Notes: generated from the letters alone by a model not told the origin. A DNA stretch of 64,000 nucleotides from Tubulanus polymorphus (GCF_964204645.1 NC_134034.1:9498962-9562961); one strand, 5' to 3'. Counted from the stretch's first letter, positions 1-12,080 are shown. Translations and numbers: made by a program.

Positions 1-725
1 TTAATAAAGAATAATAATATAAATATCATTGTAACGGTTTGTACGGCATCAAAACAAACTGTTACATACGATTTCAGACTAAACCATTTCGGGAAACATT
101 CCTCTCGTAACAGACTGAGAACACAAATCTTATAGTCAATATAGCTGCAAAGCAGCGATTGCGGGTTTTACGTACAAAACTGTGACAACACGCGAAATGA
201 ATGATGGGAGTTATAGAAACTTAGAGTGTCGCATTGTTTAACGTGTTGTGATGAGTGGCGCCAGTAACGTGTATTCGGTGAACTGGCAAAATAGAAGCAG
301 AAAACCCTAAACATAACCACAACAACAAAACAAGTAAAATTGATTAATTTCAAAGACCGTCAATTTTAGACTCGTAATTTGTATATATATGTGGAAACCA
401 TACTAATAGTATGTAACAGACGTGGAAGGGTGCGGTTGATGCAATTTCCGCAGCTATTCTATATCAGTGTCACTCGATGGGAACAGTCGATTTATCATCT
501 GATGTCTCGCATTCAAATTTCTGATAAACGATTTCAATTTGCAGAGGTAAGAATGAATACATACATTGTCTCATACGATTGTTAATGCTCCTCTCATAGG
601 AGCGTTATATCAGGGTTTCATTAGAGCTGAATGAATGAATGATTTATTTACTTATGATATGAACTATACGAACTCCAAAATAAGGTACGACGTATTTTTT
701 ACCACGTCTACAATACACCAGCCCA

Positions 726-1048
726 TTGAACCCGGGTTTTGTTCGATGAGGGCTAATACCCGAATCCACATCTGTAGTTCAAGGTCAAGGCACCCGAACG
801 CTGTATTAACCGATCCAGCCGGAACGGAGGTAGCGGACTTAAGGGCTAACCGTATACACTATGAGAAAGCAGAGTTTGAGGCGAACGTGGGTCAATGCCG
901 AGTGTACCTTTATTTTTCGAGAAAGGCTTCTAAAACCCGGGTTTTCGCGTCAAACTCTGAAATTTTCTCTTTCGAAGCCGAGTTAAGAGTAGACGCTACG
1001 TGCGGGTTTTCGTGGAACCCGCGTACGTACATCGAAACCCGGGTTCAA
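726..1048. mobile_element. MITE-like element with terminal inverted repeats
   Basis: ttgaacccgggtttt..tcgatg (726) versus catcgaaacccgggttcaa (1030-1048). Internal aacccgggtt copies are present. Accounts for ORF 635..1147. Confidence 0.55.
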
Positions 1049-2519
1049 AGAGTCAGTGCAGGCGTGGTTTGTATTTTTGCAGCATTTCAAAGCTATTTCC
1101 GAGCTGAAAAATCGGAATTATCGGCTAATGTACTGTGCTATGCATAGATGATGCGTCGATTGCATGATTTCGTTTGAAAGAAAAATATCAATTTTGATTC
1201 AAACTACAGCGCAATAAACAACACTAGAAAGACTTCCGTTCGCTAAATTGACCTTGATAGATTTAACAATAAAACATTTTAGAAATACTTCAACAAAGTT
1301 AAACAACACAAAGAAATGAATAAAGTGATGACAAATCATAAAACATATGAGACATGGTGAGAAGACATTCAGGATAAAATACACTATTAATACAAGAATA
1401 GAGGTAACAGACCAACACGCATGTAGCCTATATTTCAGTGGGGGACCCACGGGGGGTTGATGGGTTTCGACCCCCGCTGCGAGTTCGAAAAGTTCAATCT
1501 TGATCGATTGCTGTTTCGGCGTCTGCCAGAAATTACCGTAGGTAATGCACATATTTTTCATGATTGTATTTTTCATTGAAATATGAAAAGATTATATCTG
1601 GGAAAACATTGCGCTTGACCCCCCTGCTCATTCTGCACCGTCCCTGTATCTATAAGCTAAATCTATCTCATGCTTCAACTCTGGAATCTCCTCAAGTCAA
1701 ATTACTTACCGCCTATAACTCAATCGATGCAAAATCTTTAGAACCCTTGCGGCACATTGGCGCACGTTTATATCGCTATACAACTCAATCGAACGCTTGC
1801 AAATATAACTATACGCAATCGTGAAGTGAGGCCGCTTTAGAGAAAAATCAGCCCCATTCGTTTGTTTACGAAGATTGTACTTTTTCGAATCCAGCGATTT
1901 GCCTATCAACATGCATAAACTGTTCCGTATGCTAATCTCAGAATATGTAAATTAGATTTGGTGGTTCTCTCCGGGTAGGCCGCCTAAAGCCCCCCTTCCC
2001 CAAGTCAGCTATTACGGCTTCAAGATGGTAAAATATCAGAATCTTTGATCACCCCCAGTAAAATACGATGTTTTCTAATGTAGTATTTATTCATGTTGCA
2101 CACGTCACTGCGATAAATAAAGGAGAATAATAGAATAGTAATGATATATATATATTAAGAATTATATAAAATCACGTAAATTTTTATTGATTGGAGTCTA
2201 GGGTCTCCCTTCATATACTGAAAAAAACGTTTGTTTTTATGTTTGGGCGTGTCCTCTTTAGTTTCAGCAGCGTCATTTAGTCACGCGGACGAAGGCGTGT
2301 TACGTTTATTCCTTGATTGCAAACAATAACGTACAAAAATAATACGCAATCTTTTCTCAAACAAGAATATGTAGAAGCAGAGAAACAAAATAAGCTTTCA
2401 ATGTCGACCAAACAAGCCTTGTTAGGATATCAGTTTGACGTAGATTTCGTTCAAATCCGATATTTTGGGGCCGAAAATTTATGTGTCCAAATTGAAAGTG
2501 ATTTATCCGAGTTGAATGA

Positions 2520-2950
2520 ATGTCATGTATTTCAAAATGTCACAATAGATAGTGTCTCAGAAAGTCTTGATGAAATGTCAAATGTCTTGTGTTTATAGTT
2601 CATTTTAAATCTATGATATCTTGGGTGAGGTTGTGAACACATGTGAAGTGTGGACGATCAGTTTTTGAAAGTAAGCTAATGAAATGTCTTAATGTCTACA
2701 GTTAGTAGTACCTTTTCAATTAAAAATGTCTCAGGTGAAGTACCGAACACATGTGAAGTGGATAATCAGTGTGGAAAATCAGTTCATGAAGTGAGCTGAT
2801 AAAATGTCTAATGTCTGGTGTTTGTAATTCATTTTCAATTGAAAATGTCTCAAGTGAAGCACTGAACACATGTGAAATGTGGACGATCAGTTTTTGAAAG
2901 GTGTTTGTAGTTTAAATTTGATTCGAAATTTTTCAGTTAAAGTCCTGAAC
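2520..2950 (+). repeat. ~115-bp dispersed tandem-repeat family (aaatgtctcaggtgaag...gaacacatgtgaagtgtggacgatcagtttttgaaag)
   Basis: 3-4 degenerate tandem copies here. Further copies at 15225-15375, 15610-15750, 39190-39530 and inverted at 53290-53405. Confidence 0.8.
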
Positions 2951-3538
2951 GCATGATTATGAAGTAAGCGTGCAGAAATGCTTATAGTTTTTTCGAGAAA
3001 ACAAGTTTTTCCTCCGGCTCATTCAGAAACACCAAAAACATAGTTTGAGAAGATAGCCTTCATACATTTCTGGGGAAAAATCATATTTACATATACGATA
3101 TCAAAATCGATTGGGAAACAAAATACGCCTTTTAACGTGGCCTTAGGTAGTTAACATAAAATGCTAAAGCTAACTTAGTAGTAATATATGAACAAACGTT
3201 AGAGCACTAGCCCTAGAGTTTTTTGCACCCAGTTTAAACATGTTTGGAGCCACCCTTTAACGAATGTCATATAATCAGTCATGTATCATTCAATTACCTA
3301 AAGATCTTGTAGTATTTGCTTACGAACCTAATTCAAAAATTATATTTGTCCACCGACTGGTCATTGAAAATGAACTGATTTTCACTACGAATTACCCAGT
3401 GTTTCTGGCACCATCTGTAGAGTGCCGGTATCACATTTTCTGAAAGGAAAACTGGTTTAGTGAACGGCTCAATCCATCAATGCAGAGCAGTTTTTAATGG
3501 TTTGATTTTTCTGATGTTGATATTTTTCAGATTGATCC

Positions 3539-3549
3539 ATGGGAAAATG
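3539..3549 (+). CDS. Exon 1 (coding micro-exon, ATG GGA AAA TG) of a single-pass PPxY-motif membrane protein
   Basis: Acceptor tatttttcag ends at 3530 and donor GTAATT starts at 3550. There is an in-frame TGA just upstream of ATG 3539. The phase-2 junction with the exon starting at 4702 builds TGG (Trp), giving MGKWAVVLLVILL. Confidence 0.6.
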
Positions 3550-3699
3550 GTAATTCATACAGTTTTGAATGTTAAACGCCGCGAGTGAAAGCTAATGAAT
3601 TCCCTCTATTTCTGGTATACAGCCGTGTAAATACATTTTAATTTACAATGCACCACCACCAAGTTTCTTGCCCTGACTCAGTTTCAAAGTTGCGTCGGT

Positions 3700-4075
3700 T
3701 GAATTCGTCTATTGATCCAGTTTCACTGTGTCTCGGATTTTATATATCTATGAACTCAGTTCCACAGTAGTGTACCTAGGTTCAAGTTGACTCTGAATTC
3801 AGTTCCACTGTTGTGTGGGTTTAATGTGACTCTGGACTCAGTTCCACAGTTGTGTTGGTTTAATGTGACTCTGGACTCAGTTCCACAGTTGTGTTGATTT
3901 AATTTGTCGTTAGACCCAGTTCCACAGTTGTGTGGGTTTACACTGGACCTAGTTCTACGCTGTTGAATTCACATCCCAGTTCCGAAGTTGTGTAGGATCA
4001 ATTTGACTCAGGATCCAGTTCCACAGTTGTGTGGGTTTACACTGGACCTAGTTCTACGCTCTGGGCCCACTGTTT
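3700..4075 (+). repeat. 39-bp minisatellite array (ggatccagttccacagttgtgtgggtttaatttgactct)
   Basis: About 8 degenerate units in intron 1 of the PY-motif gene. Confidence 0.85.
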
Positions 4076-4230
4076 CGTGTGTTTATATAATGGAGAAATA
4101 GAATTTATATTTTGATATCTACGGGCTAAAACGTTATGTGCAATGTGTCTGATTTTTTTACGCGGCCGAAATCAGCCACCGTATTGCATAGAGAGAAACT
4201 AACCTACACATGTGAAACTGCGTGAAGAAG

Positions 4231-4574
4231 CAGGGGCGGATCTAGACGGGAGCACGCGGAGCACGTGCTCCTGTCGCAAATTCTGAGTGCCCTTTTTGAA
4301 AAAAGTGCGAAAAAAATTTTTCATTCTATAAAGTTCATTATCACATTGTTTCCATATTAATAAATCCCCATCTCTTAAAGAATTGTTGCAGAATGTCATT
4401 TTTGTGACTCAGGTGCCTGGAAATTGCATTAAAATGGGTTGAAATTCAGAACCCAGACCCCCCCGAACGCTTCGGGCCTTCGGCGCTCGCCTGTCATGGA
4501 TAGTGCCTTTTCTTATGAATTGCCCTTTTTTAATTCTGTGCTCATGTCATTGTCTGCCTCTAGATCCGCCCCTG
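4231..4574. mobile_element. Non-autonomous DNA transposon (MITE) with perfect 16-bp TIRs
   Basis: caggggcggatctaga ... tctagatccgcccctg, flanked on both sides by agaag. Related partial copies near 1435-1645 and 9405-9500. Confidence 0.85.
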
Positions 4575-4701
4575 AGAAGCTTCAGCGATCGAAATTTATT
4601 TGTTCATTTTGCTCATTCTGCTTTAATCACTTCCATGTTCTTAATTCTACGAGAATTTCGAATTCATTCATGATTACACTTTTAACTTTGAAATTCGCCA
4701 G

Positions 4702-4864
4702 GGCTGTGGTGTTATTAGTGATACTGCTGACGTTTCTCGGATTGTGCTGGGTTTACTACAAACGGAGACGAGCTGAAAGGAGAAATTCTGAAGACTCAAC
4801 GGAGACCGACGAAGAGAGAAGATTCCGGGAAATCGCTTCGGCCGATCCTCCAGAATATTCCGAG
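4702..4864 (+). CDS. Exon 2: transmembrane helix, basic stop-transfer segment and first PY motif (PPEY)
   Basis: Acceptor cgccAG at 4700-4701. Encodes AVVLLVILLTFLGLCWVYY-KRRR...DPPEYSE. Donor GTAAAA at 4865, phase 0. Confidence 0.8.
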
Positions 4865-5004
4865 GTAAAATGTATAATCGCGTTAGTTATAGGCAGTTCC
4901 ACCCGAGTTATTTGAGCAATGATTCGAATTTACATTTCCCAGAACCTGATACCACAAGACCACGTTTCTCCGTACGGAATTTGAACCCACACAAAACTCT
5001 GCCA

Positions 5005-5170
5005 TAGAACACATCCTCCCTCACAGGTATTTGAATCTGATGACATCATGAGACTCTGTCACAGTTCAAACCCCTGCCCTAGTAGACACATCCTCCCTCG
5101 CAGGGATTTGAACCTGATGACATCATGAGACTCTGACACAGTACAAACCCTGCCCTAGTAGACACAGTCT
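5005..5170. repeat. ~77-bp repeat (cagggatttgaacctgatgacatcatgagactctgtcacagtacaaacc), 2+ tandem copies
   Basis: Another copy at 30235-30325. The minus strand contains a B-box-like GGTTCAAATCC. Confidence 0.7.
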
Positions 5171-5281
5171 ACTTCTTAGGGAATTGACCTAAGAATCTGC
5201 CACATTCCTTCTTTAGAATACGGTGGTAGACTGTCCATCCGTTGTAACGATTGAATTAATGTTTGTTCTTTATTGACTTAG

Positions 5282-6487
5282 GTTGTTAAAAACTTGGATT
5301 TATACGTGTTGAGTAGTAAAGAATACCAACAAGTAGATGGTTGTGTGACGAGCTCGCCGCTAGGTGGCATTCCACCACCGCCTTATACTGTCAATTACCA
5401 ATCCCCGAGACGGTTTGCGCGAGCGACAGTTCAGTCAGGAGATTCCGCTGTCAATCAATCCATAAATTCTGAATCACCGCTAGGTGGCTCGGCTGAGAGT
5501 ACGAGCGTGAATGACCAATCAGTGACCGCTGCTGCGTCAAGTGGGAATCAACAGGCCAACCTAGACGAGACAATAGAGTCACCAGCTGAATCTTGCGAGA
5601 TCACAGATACACCTGCTCAATCTCGTGAGATCACAGAGGCACCTGCTCAAACTCGAGAGATCACAGAGACACCTGCTGAATCTCGTGAGATCACAGAGAC
5701 ACCTGGCGAATCTCGTGAGATCACAGAAGCACCTGGTGAATCACGCGAGATCACAGAGACACCTGCTGAATCTCGTGAGATCACAGAGACACCTGCTGAA
5801 TCTCGTGAGATCACAGAGGCGCCTGGTGAATCACGCGAGATCACAGAGACACCTGGTGAATCACGCGAGATCACAGAGACACCTGGTAAATCACGCGAGA
5901 TCACAGAGACACCTGCTGAATCTCGTGAGATCACAGAGGCACCTGGTGAATCACGCGAGATCACAGAGACACCTGGTGAATCTCACGAGATCACAGAGAC
6001 ACCTGCTGAATCACGCGAGATCACAGAGACACCTGGTGAATCTCGTGAGATCACAGAGACACCTGCTGAATCTCGTGAGATAACAGAGACACCAGCTGAA
6101 TCTCGTGAGACCACAGAGACACCTGGTGAATCTCGTGAGATCACAGAGACACCTGGTGAATCTCGCGAGATCACAGAGGCACCTGGTGAATCTCGCGAGA
6201 TCACAGATACACCTGGTGAATCTCGTGAGATCACAGAGACACCTGGTGAATCTCGTGAGATCACAGAGACACCTGGTGAATCTCGCGAGATCATGGAGAC
6301 ACCTGGTGAATCTCGCGAGATCACGGATACACCTGGTGAATCTCGCGAGATCACGGAGACACCTGGTGAATCACGTGAGATCACGGAGATACCTGGTGAA
6401 TCTCGCGAGATCACAGAGACACCTGCTGAAATTCCACCAGATATGTATGGTCAGGGAAATGATGTGCATGACTTATACTCACAATAA
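5282..6487 (+). CDS. Exon 3: cytoplasmic tail with PPPPY motif and ~28 x 10-aa TPGESREITE repeat
   Basis: Acceptor ttAG at 5280-5281 after a pyrimidine tract, in frame with ORF 5294..6487. Encodes GIPPPPYTV. Stop TAA at 6485-6487. Confidence 0.75.
   Translation, partial: VVKNLDLYVLSSKEYQQVDGCVTSSPLGGIPPPPYTVNYQSPRRFARATVQSGDSAVNQSINSESPLGGSAESTSVNDQSVTAAASSGNQQANLDETIESPAESCEITDTPAQSREITEAPAQTREITETPAESREITETPGESREITEAPGESREITETPAESREITETPAESREITEAPGESREITETPGESREITETPGKSREITETPAESREITEAPGESREITETPGESHEITETPAESREITETPGESREITETPAESREITETPAESRETTETPGESREITETPGESREITEAPGESREITDTPGESREITETPGESREITETPGESREIMETPGESREITDTPGESREITETPGESREITEIPGESREITETPAEIPPDMYGQGNDVHDLYSQ
5575..6430 (+). repeat. 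Coding minisatellite, 30-bp unit (acctggtgaatctcgtgagatcacagagac) x ~28
   Basis: Directly visible, with two units per 60-nt line. Only substitutions, no frame-breaking indels. Confidence 0.97.
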
Positions 6488-7094
6488 TATTGAGGCAGGT
6501 TATCACGCCAATCGTTTAGCGACAGTGGTGCCCTCATTTGACAATCGGGAAAACGTGACGCAGAGCGTTACAGACGGCAGCGAATAATGCGGGATTCGAA
6601 CCTATGATCAGTGTTCATCCGCTGATCTCAGTTTTCATCCGAGTTCGAACATAGTCTTTAATCAAATGAAAGTCCGAAAATCTGAAATATAACTTACCGC
6701 CTGGAGGTTATAAACAGTGTCACCGGATCGGGTATTGAAAAATCGTTTCCAGACGCTGTTAGATGTGTTGAACACAGAATAATTATATATATATTGTATG
6801 TAAATGTTTTGTTATTCTCTTTTATCCAATGAAAATTTGGAATCGTGCTAAAACAGGCCCCAATTGTGCAATCATTACTTGTATACATCCAAGAATATCA
6901 TTAGGCTTCTCTATCCAATGTATGAATACATTTTGTTGTAAAATTAAAAATGAAGAACTTGAGCATTTGGACATTGATTCCTTGGAGTTATGTTATTTTA
7001 CAGTCGTTACTAGATAAGATAATATACGCTACACTTCGTTGATGTTCGTTTGCAACATTTTGACAGTTAGGAGTTTCGGACACACTCCCACCCG

Positions 7095-7411
7095 TGCGTA
7101 AAAAAACCACATAAGTTTCAGCCAAAGATCTAAAATAGATTGATAGTTCATAGCTGAAACGTTGTTCTAAATGTATACCCATTTTCACAGAGGCACCTGG
7201 TGAATCTCGTGAGATCACAAAGACGCCTGCTGAATCTCACGAGACCACAGGGACACCAACTGAATCTCGTGAGATCACAGAGACAATTTATCAAAAAATG
7301 AGCATCAAAATTAGCATATATTTAGAACTACGTTTCGGCTATAAACTAATAGCGTTCATCAGACGAACTTCCACATCTCTAGCCGAAATTTATTGTGGCG
7401 TTTCTTACGTA
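7095..7411. mobile_element. Degenerate foldback/MITE-like element with 3 copies of the coding 30-mer at its centre
   Basis: Arms 7095-7184 and 7308-7411 are imperfect inverted repeats (e.g. tagttcatagctgaaacgttgttctaaatgtata versus tatatttagaactacgtttcggctataaacta). 7185-7284 holds three TPGESREITE-type units. Confidence 0.65.
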
Positions 7412-7695
7412 TTCGTCTCTATTACGATTGTGTACATCCTCTCGATATTCCACGTGACGTCTGTCGTTTAGAACCAACATAGCTCTGGTCGAAGAGAAAT
7501 AATACGGTTCGGACACACATACACTCGTAAACGACGTGAAAGTTGACTTTGCATTTTTATCTAATTTTCTTAACTTTGTAAACAACGTGTCTATTACTAA
7601 TCTAGGTTCTATAAAGAGATAAAGCATTGACACTCTAGTGCGCTGATAGTAGGATCGGTATTTGTCTATATGAAATCATTGCCAGAAGACTTGCG

Positions 7696-8586
7696 ATGAA
7701 CGATCTAAAATACAGCGATAGTTTCCGACCATTTCGTCTGCATCACAGCGAGAATTATTTCGGACCGAAAAGATTATGCGAAGCTGTTCGTGCCGTCTGT
7801 CAGACCGCTAACGACAGACTGACGACGGCAGACGGCAGACGGAGAGGTTTGAGAATGCTGTCAGTCGGTGCGGCTCACGGGTATCTGTTAGAAGACGCGT
7901 TGACCGAACTCGGCGATGAAGTGAGTTTCGAACGCGTGGACTGCATTGAACCGAATGATGTCATGTCGCTAGAGCTGGAGACTCGAATGATTACACTTGC
8001 CTGTAAGTACAACTTCGAGTCCAAAGTCTATAAGCGTAAATTCTCTAGCGAGGAGGCGCCTGCCTTTTTACCGAACGACTTCTACGATTTGATCATCTTT
8101 TCGCATGTGATCTGTTACCTAGACGATCCGGGAGGTGCTCTGCTTGTATCGCTCTGTAGGTTAGCTAACGAGAACGGGCGGTTGTTTCTAACTTCAACGA
8201 CGAACGAAGCGTATTTCAACGCGTCAGACGAAATCAGATCCCTCGCTGACGATGGTCCATTCATTCCATGCGTTCTATTCGACTTACACGAGTTCCTACG
8301 CACCAATACCGAGATAACGGTTGTTTCACGTTCTATCGACGAGGCTGGACTACTGATGCACCTGGCTCTGAAACCAGCGCATTTGTGCGTCAGCGAACAG
8401 GACGCAGCGATTCGTAAAATGGGCGATGGACTGCTGAATTACATCGCTGGTCGAGATATGGACACCGTACTGAAAATTTCGCGCGCACAAGTTCAGGATA
8501 TCGTCCGTAAATATACCGTGGACAGCTATGGTTTCCCGATGTTGCCTATGAGATTGGAAAACTTCTTACTGGCCAGAAAAGCCTGA
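7696..8586 (+). CDS. Class I SAM-dependent methyltransferase, histamine N-methyltransferase-like, single coding exon
   Basis: 296-aa ORF with motif I MLSVGAAHG, post-I DCIEPN, motif II YDLIIFSHVICYLDD and motif III LANENGRLFL. Length and motif spacing resemble HNMT (ILSIGGGAG / VVEPS / WDFIHMIQMLYYVKD). TATA-like ctataaaga near 7609. Confidence 0.8.
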   Translation: MNDLKYSDSFRPFRLHHSENYFGPKRLCEAVRAVCQTANDRLTTADGRRRGLRMLSVGAAHGYLLEDALTELGDEVSFERVDCIEPNDVMSLELETRMITLACKYNFESKVYKRKFSSEEAPAFLPNDFYDLIIFSHVICYLDDPGGALLVSLCRLANENGRLFLTSTTNEAYFNASDEIRSLADDGPFIPCVLFDLHEFLRTNTEITVVSRSIDEAGLLMHLALKPAHLCVSEQDAAIRKMGDGLLNYIAGRDMDTVLKISRAQVQDIVRKYTVDSYGFPMLPMRLENFLLARKA

Positions 8587-11500
8587 AGACCGCGACCCAA
8601 AGTTTGAATGAATTGCGCGGAGTTTATGGAATGCGGGTGAACCCTCATTGACTTTCCCTCAATCAAACGTTGATTCACCAGTGTAATAATCGATAATATC
8701 ATTAGTAAGAATATTATTTATACCAAAATATGCATAACAATTTATATGTGAATATGTGGACTTCCTGAAGCCGAAAGTTTTTTTCCCCACCACACGTTTT
8801 GGGGTCCATGCATAGAAACGACTGTCGTACATTCACGGTCATTTCGATGAAATGCGTTAAGCATCCATTTGTAACCCAGACCTCATGTTATGAGTTAAGA
8901 CTAATTTACTTGCATTATCAGACTCCTATGGTAAAGAAGTTTCCAGTTTATGGGCGCCATTTTTTATCCTAAAAGTAGGGATTGTCCCTGTTATTTATTT
9001 GGTCGGAAAATTTCGTTTGATTTTTTGATTGAGTGTCCCTTACAGACCCACCACACTTGCCGGGAGCGAAACAGGGGGTTTGATTTTGAAATCGGAAATC
9101 GAAGTACAGATATAGTCGTGATGGGCGCCATTTTCATATTGCGAAAATTAACGCAACAATCGGGCCTCGAAGGACCGCACAGAATGACGCGTAGAAACTG
9201 GAAACTTGAAAGGAGTATCGAATTTTGTATCGGAAAGCGAAGACAGAAATTATTCATCTATAAACCCCTATCCACTTCAGAAACCGGAAAATAATGAAAA
9301 TGTTTTAAATGTGTTTTGTGTTTGAAGTCCTCGGGAAATATTGCATCAGCGCGCAGTTTACGAGAGATTTCCACCAGTGTTTGATGAGACACCAAGTTGG
9401 TTCCAAGGGGGTTTAGGGGGTCTCGATTTTTCGTTGAAATATTTCTAAGAATTTATCTGGGAAAAGACAGCGCTTGACCAAAATTTCTGGATCCGCACCT
9501 GAACACGCAACGTTGCAGGCGTGGAGGTCGGTCATTTTCATCTACATAGCTGCGTTGCTGTAGCAATTTGAAGCGAATTAAAAGCTTGAACTAGGAACAA
9601 GTACATACAGTGATAGCGATATTGTTCCCACAATAATAGATTGAAAATCGAAAATTGATAAAACCGGATTTTGACGCCTCTTTTCGTCTCCCGTATCTTC
9701 AAAATGGTCGTGAGTACTTGGTGGAAATCTTAAAACGCCGGCCGCGAAACGAGTTCATTAATATTGACTTATGAAATCGAATTCGAGTCACGATTTACTG
9801 TTTAATGAATGACAATCTGGAAACAGAAGTAGTTGCAGATTCCGAGATATAGGCACGGCCAATAAACGCGTGGGTGGCGACACCTACCGGATATACGTGA
9901 CTGAATATTCATAAGGGAGCGCAGACGGATATAAGATCGACGTGATTGGACAAATAATCGTGCTGAAATTTGCATAAATGATCGATCGGCGACCGGGCAA
10001 ATTGACTAGTTTTTAATGGACATGTTATGTATGAAGAAATCTGCGATAAACGACGTTTGTTTTTCTTTAACTTGTCCTTAATCCCCGCGTTGGAAGATAG
10101 ACGTGCAGCGGCAGCGGCAGCAGCAGCAGCAGTCATCTCTCCGTGTGTGTCAAATATCACGTTCTTTGAATGTTCACATTTTCAGTTTTCACTAGACACA
10201 TAAAACTAGACTCACATCCCTGCGGATTCCGATTGGAGTGGGTTTCGCTGCGGTTTAAGTTAAAACTGGTATCTTGATTTAATTAAGCCAAAGTTGCGTA
10301 TCGTGTGTATTTGGCCATTCATTCATGTAGGCCGATTAGCCATTGACCTCCTGTAGGCCTACATAATGTTCACCCAGCCCTGGCAGTGGTTGTCTCCACA
10401 GAGATCTCCGTCGCTCTGCGATCCTAGTGTACTGCGGTACATCAGACACTAAGGTTCTTGGTGAAACATAGTGCTGAACATTGCATACGTATATACAAGG
10501 GTGGTGTTAGAAATCAACATTTTTACGAACTTGTGAAATAAGATATTTTGAGGGTTATTCAAATCATTTGAAAAAAAAACTTGCGGTTTTAACAAAAGCG
10601 CCCAAAACGATGGTAAATAAATTATCCATGATTTTCAAAATTTGGTTTGGTCTTGTCGTAATATGCTACGTTTATATATTCATGCATGAGTAAATGTTTT
10701 CAATTCTCTTGGCGAACGGTCTCAAACCCTCGAAGAGGCATCGCACCTACAGCGCTCGTTCATGTACCTCGATATATACTATTAGACCTATAGCTTTAAC
10801 CCCCACCCTATTCTAAAATTCCTTGATCCACCCATCATAGTTGCATGTCCATACGATTACGGTTTAACTTTGACTTTAACTTTACTTTATTTCCGATAAA
10901 TTCAGGTCCTTGACACATGAAAATTAGAGCGAAATTTACAAGGAAAAATAAAAACGGAAAAAAGGTACAAGTATAATTACAGATGGCCAAAACTTTAAGC
11001 AAATGTTTTCATGACAGTTGATACAAATGTACACAAATCATGTTCATTTTTCTGTTCAATCAAAGCTCTCTGAATTTGAAAGGATTTGGATCAGCCAAAA
11101 AATATTGGCGGATTAGGCGCATTATTACATGGCTGAGAAATAATTACAACAAAAAATAATGATATTCATCACCGACACCATTGTTACAAAGGGTACAAAT
11201 ATACGTTCCTCTCTATCTGTCTTATACCATCTAAAGTTTAACAGAGGGCTGCCTTGCGTGAACCTCAATTATATGTCTCGCCGAACGTCATAGATCACTG
11301 GTTATGGGAAGTAGAATAACACAGCGCGCAATTAGAACACCTCAATTCAATTTCCACGCGTGAAACCTCGACGAACGCCCGAATCGAGATTGATTGCGTT
11401 CGGATTTTGCACTTCTCGGAAAAATCCGGTCAAACGGAATTCATCTGCGACAGGACTTGAATAGAATTGCGCTGATTGACTATAAATACACTTATCACCT

Positions 11501-11759
11501 AAACCTAACCGAACTCTCAGCTCGACACAACTGAAATCACACTATCCAGACTTCGTATGACGTTAGCAGGAGCTCACCCAATTCAGCCACGACACGAAAC
11601 CCTGCCGTGCTAGACCTACACGCTCGAAAACTCGCGGCACCAATCAGATTGCTCGTTGCTGACGTAAACTTCAAGGAAGAACTATAAATGGGAAACCCAG
11701 GCTGAAATAAAACGGGATATCTGATTGGCTGATAATGACATCATCTCAACTGCGCACTC

Positions 11760-11981
11760 TGGGCCACCTTCGGTTATCGGAGTTAGTCGACTATAGTCGA
11801 ACTAAATGAAACCGAATGTCCGTAAGTCGGTGGTCCGGAAATGGTCGACCACGCAATTGAGCACGGTCGCTACAGTTCGGACCTAGGTTCAATATGACCG
11901 ACGCTGTGAAATACGTTACGACCGAACTATAGTGTGTTCGGTTATTAGTTCCGACCATTAGTCGACTACGAAGTTGGCCCA
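11760..11981. mobile_element. Palindromic MITE-like element
   Basis: tgggccaccttcg...tagtcgact at the left end versus agtcgactacgaagttggccca at the right end. Confidence 0.5.
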
Positions 11982-11989
11982 AGTTAGTG

Positions 11990-12080
11990 TAGACTGGTCG
12001 CCTGTCCAATTTTGCACCACCTGCATTCGCAGTCAGAATTCAATAGAAGGTAGAGAAGGTAGAGACCGGCAACCAGTCTA
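11990..12080. mobile_element. Short MITE, TIR tagactggttgccggtc family
   Basis: tagactggtcgcctgtc...gaccggcaaccagtcta. Flanks aagttagtg/tgcttagtg look like a degenerate 9-bp TSD. Same family at 45738-45787. Confidence 0.65.

Noticed and set aside
635-1147. 170-aa ORF as a gene
   Set aside because: It largely coincides with a TIR-bounded repeat and has no domain signature.
4439-4701. N-terminal part of ORF 4439..4915 as real protein
   Set aside because: It starts at TTG inside a MITE and runs through intron sequence up to the acceptor at 4701.
5625-6587. Overlapping alternative-frame and antisense repeat ORFs (RSQRHLVN.., ISRDSPGVSV..)
   Set aside because: By-products of a stop-free 30-bp unit. 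Only the frame joined to the TM exon has splice support.
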